From an archaeon BMS3Abin17 (GTDB lineage Archaea; Nanobdellota; Nanobdellia; Pacearchaeales; GW2011-AR1): a stretch of 56,053 nt of DNA. Positions 26,821 to 36,127 of this stretch are shown here, piece after piece. Under the pieces are notes generated by a model. It ran no database searches. It was given only the letters and a program-made list of their open reading frames with translations, and was not told the DNA's origin. A program made the position numbers and the translations under genes. Every line of letters starts with the position of its first letter. The first letter of the stretch is position 1. Where the stretch lies: NCBI GenBank assembly GCA_002897655.1, contig BDTJ01000035.1, positions 1 to 56,053 on the forward strand. The letters are read 5' to 3'.

Positions 26821-28698
26821 ATATTAAAGAATATAAAAGAACAACTGCATGGAAAGGTTACTGAAGCGAGCTTTGAAGGTGCAAACATAGTTCTTTACAC
26901 AGATAATGAGAAATTCTTCAAAGAAGGAGAAGGAAAGATAAAAGAAATAGTTGACCAGATAAAAAAGAGAATTGAGCTTAGAGCAGACCAAAAGATTCTT
27001 CTTGAGCAGAAAAAAGTAGAAGAAGAAATAAAGAATATTGTTCCTACAGAAGCAGATATTACAAACATAATTTTTGATTTTCACAGAAGCATTGTAATAA
27101 TTGAGGCAAAAAAACCAGGATTAGTAATAGGAAAACAAGGCTCTATACTTGAAGATATTAAAGAAGCAACTTTGTGGACTCCTCATGTCCAGAGAAGTCC
27201 TGCAATAAAAAGTCAGATTACAGAGAATATCAGAGAAGTTCTTTATGCAAATAATAATTACAGAAGAAAATTTTTAAACTCAATTGGAAAGAAAATTTAT
27301 ACTGATTGGAATCCAGAGAAAATGAAAGGATGGATTAGGCTCACATTTTTAGGAGGAGCAAGACAAGTTGGAAGAAGCTGTATGTTGTTGCAAACACCCA
27401 ATTCAAAGATTCTTCTTGATTGTGGTGTAGATGTTGCTGCACATGGTGCTGGTAAATTTCCTACGTTTGATGTTCCTGAATTTGATATAGCTCAATTAGA
27501 TGCTGTAATCATAAGTCATGCTCACCTAGATCATGTTGGCTTGGTTCCTTATTTGTATAAAATGGGTTATAAAGGTCCTATTTACATGACAACACCCACA
27601 AGAGATATTGCAGCACTAATCTCTCTTGATTTTATAGGAGTTGCCTACAAGCAGGCAGCAAAGCCATTGTTTGATTCTTCAGATATAAAGGAAATGGTAA
27701 AGCACAGCATTTGCCTTAATTACAACGAGGTTACTGACATTACTTCAGATGTGAGATTGACTTTTTACAATGCAGGACATGCATTAGGAAGTGCAATGAT
27801 TCATCTTAATATTGGAAATGGGGCACATAATCTTTTGTATACAGGAGATTTCAAGTATGGAAAGTCAAGGCTATTAGACCCTGCAATATCAACCTTCCCA
27901 AGAGTTGAATCAGTTATTACAGAATCAACTTATGGCTCAAAAAATGATATTCTTCCTCCACGTCTTCAGTCAGAAGAACAGCTTTTAGAATTAGTAAATA
28001 AAACAATTGCAAGAGGAGGCAAGGTTCTGATTCCGGAATTAGGTCTGGGAAGAGCACAAGAAACAATGCTTATTCTTGAAGATGCAATGAAGGCTGGTAA
28101 AATGAAAAAAATACCAATATATATAGATGGTATGATTTGGGATATTAATGCAATTCATACAGCTTATCCTGATTTTTTAAGTAATAAAGTTAGAGCACAG
28201 ATTTTTCAGGACAGCAATCCGTTTATTTCAGAGGTGTTTTCAAGAGTTGGCTCCCCTCATGAAAGGAGAAATGTTATTGAAGGAGGCCCTTGTGTTGTCC
28301 TTGCTACATCAGGTATGCTTGTAGGAGGTGCATCAGTAGAGTATCTTAGAGAATTTGCAGGCAATAAAGATAATGCATTAATATTTGTCTGTTATCAGGG
28401 TGTTGGCTCTCTTGGAAGGCAGGTTCAGGATGGAATCAAAGAAACAAGAATGGTTGTAGATGGTAAGGAAGAAATAGTAAAGATAAATATGGAGATTCAC
28501 ACAATAACTGGGCTTACTGCACACGCAGGAAGAAACGAGATTATGTCTTTTTTTAACAACATGAGGCCAAAACCAAAAAAAATAATAATTAACCATGGAG
28601 AGGTTTCAAAATCTCTTGATTTAGCCTCGTCATTATACAAACTCAACAGAGTAGAGACAAATGTCCCCAGAGATTTAGAAACACTGAGATTGAGGTGA
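26815..28698 (+). CDS. fttA: aCPSF1/FttA beta-CASP ribonuclease with KH domains
   Basis: FEGANIV, KKPGLVIGK, GGARQVGRS, HAHLDH, AGHALGS; follows psmB. Confidence 0.96.
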   Translation: MEILKNIKEQLHGKVTEASFEGANIVLYTDNEKFFKEGEGKIKEIVDQIKKRIELRADQKILLEQKKVEEEIKNIVPTEADITNIIFDFHRSIVIIEAKKPGLVIGKQGSILEDIKEATLWTPHVQRSPAIKSQITENIREVLYANNNYRRKFLNSIGKKIYTDWNPEKMKGWIRLTFLGGARQVGRSCMLLQTPNSKILLDCGVDVAAHGAGKFPTFDVPEFDIAQLDAVIISHAHLDHVGLVPYLYKMGYKGPIYMTTPTRDIAALISLDFIGVAYKQAAKPLFDSSDIKEMVKHSICLNYNEVTDITSDVRLTFYNAGHALGSAMIHLNIGNGAHNLLYTGDFKYGKSRLLDPAISTFPRVESVITESTYGSKNDILPPRLQSEEQLLELVNKTIARGGKVLIPELGLGRAQETMLILEDAMKAGKMKKIPIYIDGMIWDINAIHTAYPDFLSNKVRAQIFQDSNPFISEVFSRVGSPHERRNVIEGGPCVVLATSGMLVGGASVEYLREFAGNKDNALIFVCYQGVGSLGRQVQDGIKETRMVVDGKEEIVKINMEIHTITGLTAHAGRNEIMSFFNNMRPKPKKIIINHGEVSKSLDLASSLYKLNRVETNVPRDLETLRLR

Positions 28699-28712
28699 TT
28701 TTAAAAACCAGC

Positions 28713-28787
28713 AAAATCTTTGCCCCTGCGTCTGTGCGTAGGCACAGTTTAGATTTTGTGGCTTAAAAACCTCAAGGTTTTTAAGCA
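28713..28787. repeat. Intergenic twin-hairpin element
   Basis: CAAAATCT..CTGTGC-gtag-GCACAG..AGATTTTG then GCTTAAAAACC-tcaa-GGTTTTTAAGC. Confidence 0.65.
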
Positions 28788-28806
28788 TTTTTTCCCACCA
28801 CCTAAT

Positions 28807-29010
28807 ATGGTTAAACAAAAGAGGACACTAAGAAATGTTTTATTCACGATTCTGATTGCTTTTGCAATTGTTAGTTTTTGGAGAGGGGTTTGGGGTTTGA
28901 TGGATTTATATCTGGCTCCGCATAACCTTGTGCTTAGTTTTTTTCTGTCTATTTTAATTGGAATATTAATTCTTTATGCAACTAAAAACTTAATTAGGAA
29001 TTTAATATAG
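28807..29010 (+). CDS. Small 2-TM membrane protein
   Basis: FWRGVWGLMD motif; likely start ATG 28807. Confidence 0.75.
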   Translation: MVKQKRTLRNVLFTILIAFAIVSFWRGVWGLMDLYLAPHNLVLSFFLSILIGILILYATKNLIRNLI

Positions 29011-29029
29011 TGAATCTTAGAAAGATTTA

Positions 29030-29049
29030 AATAAGTGAACTCACTTATT
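29030..29049 (+). promoter_or_regulatory. Operator palindrome of the MazEF-like operon
   Basis: AATAAGTGA-ac-TCACTTATT. Confidence 0.55.
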
Positions 29050-29054
29050 CTACC

Positions 29055-29285
29055 ATGACAAATATAACTCTCTCGATTAATAATGAAGTATATAAAAAAA
29101 TGCGTAAATATTCCGAGATAAAATGGAGTGAATTTGTAAGAAAAATGATTAAAAAAAGAATTGATGAGTTAGAAAAAATTGAAAATTATCCAGATAAAGA
29201 GAGCATTATGACAATGTTAGCTTCTGAGGAAACTCTAAAAAAAGATTGGGATAATGAATCAGATGAGAGGTGGAACAATGTATAA
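29055..29285 (+). CDS. RHH-type antitoxin
   Basis: MTNITLSI..EVYKKM...EIKWSE..R; overlaps the toxin gene. Confidence 0.8.
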   Translation: MTNITLSINNEVYKKMRKYSEIKWSEFVRKMIKKRIDELEKIENYPDKESIMTMLASEETLKKDWDNESDERWNNV

Positions 29286-29610
29286 TCAAAAAGATATTAT
29301 TCTAATTCCATTTCCATATTCTGATTTAACACTCTCCAAAAAAAGACCGGCCTTAATTATCTCTAATGAAAAGATAAATAAGATGCAGGATAGAATTTGC
29401 TGCCTTGTAACTTCCAAAGCCCATAAAGATGATTTAGTAATAACAAAAGATTCTTTTGAACAGGGAAGTTTACCCTTCAAAAGTTTTGTAAAGCCCCATA
29501 GGATATTTACAATCAATGCAAATATAGTGATAAAGAAATTCTGCACAATAAATGATGGATTTCACGACAAAGTAATTAAGAGCATTAATAAATTTTTAAG
29601 AAGAGAATAA
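29278..29610 (+). CDS. PemK/MazF-family toxin
   Basis: DIILIPFPYSDL..SKKRPALIIS, VTS; likely start ATG 29278. Confidence 0.9.
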   Translation: MYNQKDIILIPFPYSDLTLSKKRPALIISNEKINKMQDRICCLVTSKAHKDDLVITKDSFEQGSLPFKSFVKPHRIFTINANIVIKKFCTINDGFHDKVIKSINKFLRRE

Positions 29611-29664
29611 TTATATTAAAATATTTTTCCACAACTTTAAAAACTAGTTTTTCCATTATATATT

Positions 29665-29789
29665 ATGAAACACAATGAAAACAGGAAACACTAAAAAACC
29701 TTCGGTTTTTGGTGCTACGAAAATCTCTGATTTTCGTGGTTTTCAAGCATTTCATTTTTAAGGAAGGTGACAAAAAAATGAAGCACAAT
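29665..29789 (+). repeat. Start-duplicating twin-hairpin element before the presenilin-like gene
   Basis: ATGAAACACAAT (29665) vs ATGAAGCACAAT (29778); CACTAAAAA..TTTTTGGTG, CTACGAAAATC-tct-GATTTTCGTGG; TTCATTTTT/AAAAATGAA stem around the SD GGAAGGTGA. Confidence 0.8.
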
Positions 29790-30665
29790 ATAAAAATAAC
29801 AGCAATCCTCTTGGGAATGTTCTTGATAACTCAGTTTATTGGGTTATATGTTGTTAATCATTATCATGCAGAAGATAAAGAGCTTCCTTTTGGGCTTGAA
29901 ACACCTGAAGTGGAAAAAGAATCTGATTATTATGGTTTTTTTACAGGAATCATAATTGCATTCATTATTGCAATTTCTTTGCTGTTTTTTTTAATGAAAT
30001 TTAGATTTGAATTAATCTTAAAATTATGGTTTTTTTTGGTAGTAGTTATTGCCTTGGGAATCACATTTAATGCAATTATGCCTCAATTCAAATATGCGTC
30101 CTGGATTGTTCTGGCTGTTGCACTGCCTCTTGCATATATAAAAATCTACAAAAGAAACTTTTTGGTCCATAATGCTACGGAGTTATTAATCTATCCTGGA
30201 ATTGCTGCTGTTTTTGTCCCAATATTGAATGTCTGGACTATCATTGCTCTTTTAATAATAATCTCTATCTATGATGCTTGGGCTGTTTGGCACTCCGGAA
30301 TTATGCAAAAAATGGCTAAATATCAGATGGAAAAACTAAATGTCTTTTCTGGATTTTTTGTTCCTTATATCTCAAAAAAGGTAAAAATGAAGCTGAAAAA
30401 ACTAAAGAAATCTCAACTTAAAAAGAAAAAGATTAAAGTCAATGTAGCCCTTTTAGGAGGCGGAGATGTTATATTTCCAATAATGACAGCAGGAGTCATG
30501 TTAAAGACTATTGGAATAATTCCGGCATTATTTGTTATTTTTGGCGCAACCTTAGGATTAGCTTATTTGTTCTTTTCTGCTGAGAAAAAGAAGTTTTATC
30601 CGGCAATGCCTTTTATCACAGCAGGAATTTTGTTAGGATTAGGGATTAGTTATTTAGTTTTATGA
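29778..30665 (+). CDS. Presenilin/signal-peptide-peptidase GxGD intramembrane aspartyl protease
   Basis: YDAWAVW, LGGGD, PAMPF; multiple TM helices. Confidence 0.9.
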   Translation: MKHNIKITAILLGMFLITQFIGLYVVNHYHAEDKELPFGLETPEVEKESDYYGFFTGIIIAFIIAISLLFFLMKFRFELILKLWFFLVVVIALGITFNAIMPQFKYASWIVLAVALPLAYIKIYKRNFLVHNATELLIYPGIAAVFVPILNVWTIIALLIIISIYDAWAVWHSGIMQKMAKYQMEKLNVFSGFFVPYISKKVKMKLKKLKKSQLKKKKIKVNVALLGGGDVIFPIMTAGVMLKTIGIIPALFVIFGATLGLAYLFFSAEKKKFYPAMPFITAGILLGLGISYLVL

Positions 30666-31354
30666 GACTTGTATTGTCTCTGTATATTTCTTAATGTCTT
30701 TCCGAAGTTATCTCCCAGGTCTTTATAATGGTCTCTTATTTCATCAGGAGTGCAAACCATCATATCTAATCCATGAGAATATAAATCCTGGCTTTGAGAT
30801 CTTCTTACAGCTTCTAATCCAACACGAATAAGATCTTCTGTTTCAGGATTAGATGAATCACCAAGATAATCTTTTGCTTCAGAGTAGACTTGTAATGCTT
30901 GTATATACTCACTTACTTTTTTATCTCCACTTCCACTTCCAACACAAGTCCAAACCCTCTTTTCAACCCTTCCTAAAGGAAAACAAGTGTATAATTTAGG
31001 GGTATTGTTGAATCTTGTAGCAAGAATTATTGAACTTAATTTCTGAAGATCTGGGAGCTTTGTTCCCATTCTCTTGATATTTAATTTCCTTAACTCATTA
31101 AAATAGCCTTTTTTTACAATTCTTTCAACATTAAATTTTCCACTAGAAAGTTCTTGAACAAATTCCCCTGTTTTCTCATCCATTACTCCAGAATGTCCAA
31201 AACAATAATTCTTATCATCACTTACCCATAACTTTCTTCCAAGAAATTTACCATTAGGTATACCTGTTTGTGGATTTAATGAAGTTACCTGTCTATCTGC
31301 AATTAATACAGTTGCCTCAACCTTTGGATGTTTTATACCAAATACAGTTGTCAT
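30650..31354 (-). CDS. Divergent proteasome-beta-like Ntn hydrolase
   Basis: From ATG 31354: MTTVFGI...VLIADRQVT...RKLW...GSGSG...DLYSHGLD. Confidence 0.7.
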   Translation of the reverse strand: MTTVFGIKHPKVEATVLIADRQVTSLNPQTGIPNGKFLGRKLWVSDDKNYCFGHSGVMDEKTGEFVQELSSGKFNVERIVKKGYFNELRKLNIKRMGTKLPDLQKLSSIILATRFNNTPKLYTCFPLGRVEKRVWTCVGSGSGDKKVSEYIQALQVYSEAKDYLGDSSNPETEDLIRVGLEAVRRSQSQDLYSHGLDMMVCTPDEIRDHYKDLGDNFGKTLRNIQRQYKSHKTK

Positions 31355-31459
31355 ATATTTCTCCAATTTTTATGCTATTTAAACCCTTCCCTGTTTGTTC
31401 TTACTGTGTAAAAGTAACAAAACCATAAGGTTTATAAAAGGGGGCTTCTATGAGGATTT

Positions 31460-31798
31460 ATGGAAATAAATATGGACCTTAGAAGCATTAGAAAGGATTC
31501 AGTTAGAAAAGCTCAAGAAACTAAGATTAATTTACATAACAAATTAAAAAGCAATTTTCCTGATTTAGAAGCTATTAATCTGTCTTTCAGTCTGAGCGGA
31601 AAATCTGTAATATATAATCTATGGGTTAGGGGGGAATTTGGTGCTCCAACACTTGTTAAGATGGAAGATTATCTGGATGCCGAGGGGTTTAATATAGTTA
31701 AAATGAAGAAGGGACCTGTGGGCACAATAATGGGGGATTATTGTGGCATACGAAGAGGACAACATATAGAATATCTAAAGAGAATAAAAAAATGCTAG
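31460..31798 (+). CDS. Hypothetical protein
   Basis: 112-aa ORF with TATA box; overlaps trmB. Confidence 0.6.
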   Translation: MEINMDLRSIRKDSVRKAQETKINLHNKLKSNFPDLEAINLSFSLSGKSVIYNLWVRGEFGAPTLVKMEDYLDAEGFNIVKMKKGPVGTIMGDYCGIRRGQHIEYLKRIKKC

Positions 31799-32571
31799 TA
31801 AAACAAGAACTAATAAACAAGATTAAGGATTATTTTGACCTTAATATTTATGAAACAAAAGTCTGGTTAGCCTTGCTTGGTAAGGGAATCGCTTCAGCAG
31901 GACAGATTGCAGATATTTCAGGGGTTCCAAGAAGCAGAACCTATGATGTCCTTGAAAGCCTTGAAAAAAAGGGATTTGCTATTGTTAAGATAGGAAAGCC
32001 AGTTAGATATATTGGAGTTAAGCCAAGAATGATTCTTGAGAAATTAAAAAACAATGTTAGAAAAGATGCAGAGGATAGAATTGTCAGTCTTGGAGGAATC
32101 AAAGAGACAGAAGAATTCTCAATGCTTGAAGTGCTGTACAAGGAAGGAATAGACCCTGTAAAAAGAGAAGACATTTCTGCAGCTTTAAAAGGAAAATCAA
32201 ATATTTCTAATTATCTTAGAGAAGTTCTGCAGAATGCAAAAAAAGAAGTGATAATCTGCACAAATGCAGAGGAGATAAACTCAAAGACAAAATTATTCCA
32301 GCAGACTTTTGAAATACTTAAAAAATCAAACATAAAGCTTAAATTTGCTTTGTCTGGTGATGAAAGTCTTATTAATCAGATAGAAAAGAAATTTGGGATG
32401 AAAATTAAGAGGATTAACATTGATGCCAAATTCTTTATTGTAGACAGGGGAGAAATCTTGTTTTATTTATCTAAAAATTCAGATAAAGAAGATACTGCTA
32501 TCTGGCTTAATTCTGAATTTTTTGTGGAAGCATTTGCATCTTTGTTTGAAAAAGCTATGGGTGAAAAATGA
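31792..32571 (+). CDS. TrmB-family regulator (TrmBL2-like)
   Basis: LNIYETKVWLALL, SGVPRSRTYDVLESLEKKGF; likely start ATG 31792. Confidence 0.92.
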   Translation: MLVKQELINKIKDYFDLNIYETKVWLALLGKGIASAGQIADISGVPRSRTYDVLESLEKKGFAIVKIGKPVRYIGVKPRMILEKLKNNVRKDAEDRIVSLGGIKETEEFSMLEVLYKEGIDPVKREDISAALKGKSNISNYLREVLQNAKKEVIICTNAEEINSKTKLFQQTFEILKKSNIKLKFALSGDESLINQIEKKFGMKIKRINIDAKFFIVDRGEILFYLSKNSDKEDTAIWLNSEFFVEAFASLFEKAMGEK

Positions 32572-33797
32572 GTTACCAAATCTTAAAGAAAGTAGGCAAA
32601 GCAATAAGAAATACTTTCATAACTGGGCTTGTGCTTGCAAATTTTATTCCAGGGATAGCAAAGGCAGAAGAAATAAAACAGGAAAAGATAATGCCTGACA
32701 GAAAGATTGTTCTTGATATAGCAGACCCAACAAAAAATTTTGAAGCAAACGCAAATGCATGGTACTCAGCAAACCAAATTATCGGAAAAGGAAGCGATTT
32801 ATTGGGTGTAAAAGCAGGATTGGATAATACTCTTCTTGGTAGAATAGGACTTTTAGGACTGTCTTCTGCATTATCACACCATTTGACACATGCTTCACAC
32901 GAATTTGGGCATATAAGAGTGGGAGAAAAAATTGGCTCGTATGAATGGAGATTTGAGCCAAATAGCATTTTTGCCCTAGATAATAATTGGACTAAAACCC
33001 TTAACAAACACCCAACAGATAACCAAGGGATTAGAAAAGCAGTGGCTGGATTAAATCAAAATGAATATAATGCTTATGTTTTATTTAAGAATAATAAGAA
33101 TCAATTAACTCCTGACAATGCCTTTTCTTTTTTGTCTACAAAAACATGGGACATTGGATATAATCTTGGAACATCTTATAAGGTTCCAACTGAGAGCAAT
33201 GATGTAGATAATTATATACGTTTTTTAAATAAAAAAGGAATACCTGCTAAAAAAAGCGACCATTTAACACAGGCAATTTTAGCAGATGCACTTTCTATTC
33301 AGACTTGGGATAGTTTTAGGGCAATCTCTAATTATCTTAAAACAGGTAATAGAGTTACAAAACCAACTGTTTTCAAATGGGGTGAGACAGAGTTTACACC
33401 CCCTTTGATTAATTTATATTTAACACATGAGGGGGGTTTTTTTAATACCACTTCTATTGTGAATCCAGAAGGAGAACACCCAATTGAAGTTAATCTTGGA
33501 TATGATGCAGATTTTATAGGTGGTGGAAGAGTAAACACCATGAGGATTGGAGGGCAATATAATAATATTAGGCTAGCGGATAATTTAAGATTATCCCCTG
33601 GTGCTCACATAAATTTGGAAAGAAAATCACTTGAACCAAAAGGATTTTCAGCAGGAGCTGAATTAGAATGGAAAATAAATAACAAATCATCAATAATCGC
33701 AGGATTGAAATATAATCAAAAAGATATTATGGAGAATATAATTAAGGGAAAAGACAGGGGATTTGATGGAAGATTTAGAATCTCTCACAAATTTTAA
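32568..33797 (+). CDS. Secreted protein with HExxH and a beta-rich C-terminus
   Basis: Signal peptide ..AKA/EE, HEFGH, alternating strands ending RFRISHKF. Confidence 0.65.
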   Translation: MSYQILKKVGKAIRNTFITGLVLANFIPGIAKAEEIKQEKIMPDRKIVLDIADPTKNFEANANAWYSANQIIGKGSDLLGVKAGLDNTLLGRIGLLGLSSALSHHLTHASHEFGHIRVGEKIGSYEWRFEPNSIFALDNNWTKTLNKHPTDNQGIRKAVAGLNQNEYNAYVLFKNNKNQLTPDNAFSFLSTKTWDIGYNLGTSYKVPTESNDVDNYIRFLNKKGIPAKKSDHLTQAILADALSIQTWDSFRAISNYLKTGNRVTKPTVFKWGETEFTPPLINLYLTHEGGFFNTTSIVNPEGEHPIEVNLGYDADFIGGGRVNTMRIGGQYNNIRLADNLRLSPGAHINLERKSLEPKGFSAGAELEWKINNKSSIIAGLKYNQKDIMENIIKGKDRGFDGRFRISHKF

Positions 33798-33833
33798 TCC
33801 TAAATAACTTTTAATCCAGTAATACTCATCTCT

Positions 33834-34241
33834 TCAGCTACTTTCCCTGCTATTATCTCTACAGACTTTTAAAAGCTTGTTTATCACCTTCTTTATCTGG
33901 GATTCTTTGTTCCTCAAAAAGATAGAATCTATTCTTTTTCCGTAATATACAATACCATTTCTTAATCTTCTTAACTCATCAATGAGGATAAATTCTTCTC
34001 TATCAAAGAATTTGCTGTAATTTTTCTCCAGATATTCTATAAGTAGCTTGTGGCTTAATGTTTTAAAACCATTGGAATACATTAGCGAGATTATTATTTC
34101 TTTTGCAACTTCATAATACTGCTCAATTATTTTATATGTTTTAGTTTCTTTTTTAATATCTTCTAATCTCTCCTTAGCCATATCTAAAAGTGCTTTGGCT
34201 CTTATGGGATTTTTTGAAATTATGAATATCTCCTCACTCAT
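33834..34241 (-). CDS. HEPN-domain protein (MNT-HEPN pair)
   Basis: SHK, LRRLRNGIVYYG. Confidence 0.8.
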   Translation of the reverse strand: MSEEIFIISKNPIRAKALLDMAKERLEDIKKETKTYKIIEQYYEVAKEIIISLMYSNGFKTLSHKLLIEYLEKNYSKFFDREEFILIDELRRLRNGIVYYGKRIDSIFLRNKESQIKKVINKLLKVCRDNSRESS

Positions 34242-34770
34242 TTTTTAATCTCCCATACAAAACAAAACCATTAGTCACTTCTGTTTTAACTCCCTCATGC
34301 AATTTTTTCAGATTTTTCTCCATAATAAGATGGATATTTCTCTTTAGAATTTTTTCAAACCTCTTTATGTCTATTTGTTTCTTGTTATCTGTTATAATCA
34401 TTACATCTACATCACTTGATTCAATATCTTCACCTTTGAGATAAGAACCATAAAGAATGATTGCTTGTGGATAAAGAGAGTCAATTAAAAAATCAAGCAA
34501 CCCTGATTCCTTTATTTTAATTATATTTGCTATTTTTTTATAAAACAAAAAATTCTTATTGTCCCTATTAGCAATAAATCCAACAAATCTCTCACCTTTC
34601 TTCTTCTGAATTAATTCTTGATTTTCTAGATTTTTCAGGTGATTTTTGACAGATGTTGGAGCGAGACTTATTTTCTTAGCAATCTCTTTGATATAATGAA
34701 TCTTTAATGGCTCATCAACAAATACACTAAAGACTCTATCTTGACTACATTTTTGTTCCATGATAAACAT
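34234..34770 (-). CDS. HTH + minimal nucleotidyltransferase (MNT)
   Basis: N-terminal HTH; LYGSYLKGED..SDVD. Confidence 0.85.
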   Translation of the reverse strand: MFIMEQKCSQDRVFSVFVDEPLKIHYIKEIAKKISLAPTSVKNHLKNLENQELIQKKKGERFVGFIANRDNKNFLFYKKIANIIKIKESGLLDFLIDSLYPQAIILYGSYLKGEDIESSDVDVMIITDNKKQIDIKRFEKILKRNIHLIMEKNLKKLHEGVKTEVTNGFVLYGRLKNE

Positions 34771-34798
34771 ATATGTTCCTTAAGGTATATAAATGTTC

Positions 34799-36082
34799 CT
34801 ACAGGAATTTTAACTCTTTAATACTCATCTCTTTTATCTTATCTTTATTTTTCTTTTTCCAGTTTTCTATGAATTCACCTATCTTAAAATCAACTTTTTC
34901 TTTTGCATAAATTCTGCCTGATTTTACAAATGTGCTTTTATGCTTTTTCTTAAATGCCTTTACATTTTTTATATCTTTTAATTTAGGTCCTGAATATAAA
35001 ACTCCTGGTTTGCCTTTAACAACAAAGAAATATCTTGCGGATTTCTTCCCGTTATAGCTAAATCCCCTGTTTTTAATTTCAAAAAAATTCTCTATCTCTG
35101 AACTAAAGTGCTTATAGAACTTTAAGAGTTTGCTTCCGGCAACATCTCCTTCCTGTTTATTTGTATCTGCCTCCAGCAGAATAAATTCATATTTTTTCTT
35201 TTCTGCTTCTTTCTTTATTTTTTCTAAATCTGTCTTTTTAATCTCAAATGATTTCTCTGAAGGGTTTTTAAGGAAATTTTCACATTCTTTTTTAAATCTG
35301 TCAAATGTCTCCTGCGAGAGTGCAGCCAGAGCATTTCTTTGCTTGTATGTTGGGTCAATTAATATTATTGGAGAGTGCAGTTTAGAGCTGTTTAAATCCA
35401 TTAAGACAGCTTGTTTATTTTTGTAATGCTTCTCAATATCTATTATTGTTTTGCCTTTGATTTTTGCCATCGCTTTTATGAATTTTATAAATGTCTTATA
35501 ATAGTATACTAATAGTTCTAATCCATAACCAGAGAATCCCTGGACATATGATTCTGCACCATAACACTTGTTAGCGTAGCAAAAAGCTTTTGCAAGTCGT
35601 ATATCATCTAAAGTAATTTCTGATTTTATTTTTTTATTAATGTATTTAACATGGAAAAATGACAGGTCCGTGATGTTCACAGCCTCTTTATTATTTTTTA
35701 CCTTAATTACTGGTATTAACTCAATAATGAGGTTTTGGGTTGCCTTTATTTTAAAATAATCCCTGGAACCATGGATAACTGAATATTTTGAAACATTTTT
35801 AAGTATTTTTTCTGTTAAATTTGAAATTGCTTCTCCCCTCTCTTTTGGAAATCTTATAAACACATCCACATCATAATAATCTTTTTTAATTAAAGTATTT
35901 TTAGCAGAACTTCCCCCAATAAAAATATCTGCTTCAATGCCTAAATCTTCCATACTTTTTTTAAATTTCTTAAGAAATATTCCAAGAGAATCTTCAATCT
36001 CCTCCAGTTCTTTTTTGGAGGGCTTTATCTTGTCTAAAACCTCTTTTAAGATAGAGTTGATTTTTTTACTCATAATGAACAT
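34799..36082 (-). CDS. cca: Class I (archaeal) CCA-adding enzyme
   Basis: GGSSAKNT..DVDVF, YGAESYVQGFSGY..ELL, IDPT...RNA. Confidence 0.9.
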   Translation of the reverse strand: MFIMSKKINSILKEVLDKIKPSKKELEEIEDSLGIFLKKFKKSMEDLGIEADIFIGGSSAKNTLIKKDYYDVDVFIRFPKERGEAISNLTEKILKNVSKYSVIHGSRDYFKIKATQNLIIELIPVIKVKNNKEAVNITDLSFFHVKYINKKIKSEITLDDIRLAKAFCYANKCYGAESYVQGFSGYGLELLVYYYKTFIKFIKAMAKIKGKTIIDIEKHYKNKQAVLMDLNSSKLHSPIILIDPTYKQRNALAALSQETFDRFKKECENFLKNPSEKSFEIKKTDLEKIKKEAEKKKYEFILLEADTNKQEGDVAGSKLLKFYKHFSSEIENFFEIKNRGFSYNGKKSARYFFVVKGKPGVLYSGPKLKDIKNVKAFKKKHKSTFVKSGRIYAKEKVDFKIGEFIENWKKKNKDKIKEMSIKELKFL

Positions 36083-36127
36083 AGTCTAGCAATATTTATA
36101 AACTTATATTAAACTATAATTTATAAA

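Noticed and set aside
29709-29777. N-terminal extensions given by the ORF track (29709, 28756, 54358, 31741, 44375)
   Set aside because: They run through hairpin elements, promoters or upstream genes; downstream ATGs fit SD/TATA spacing or paralog alignment better.
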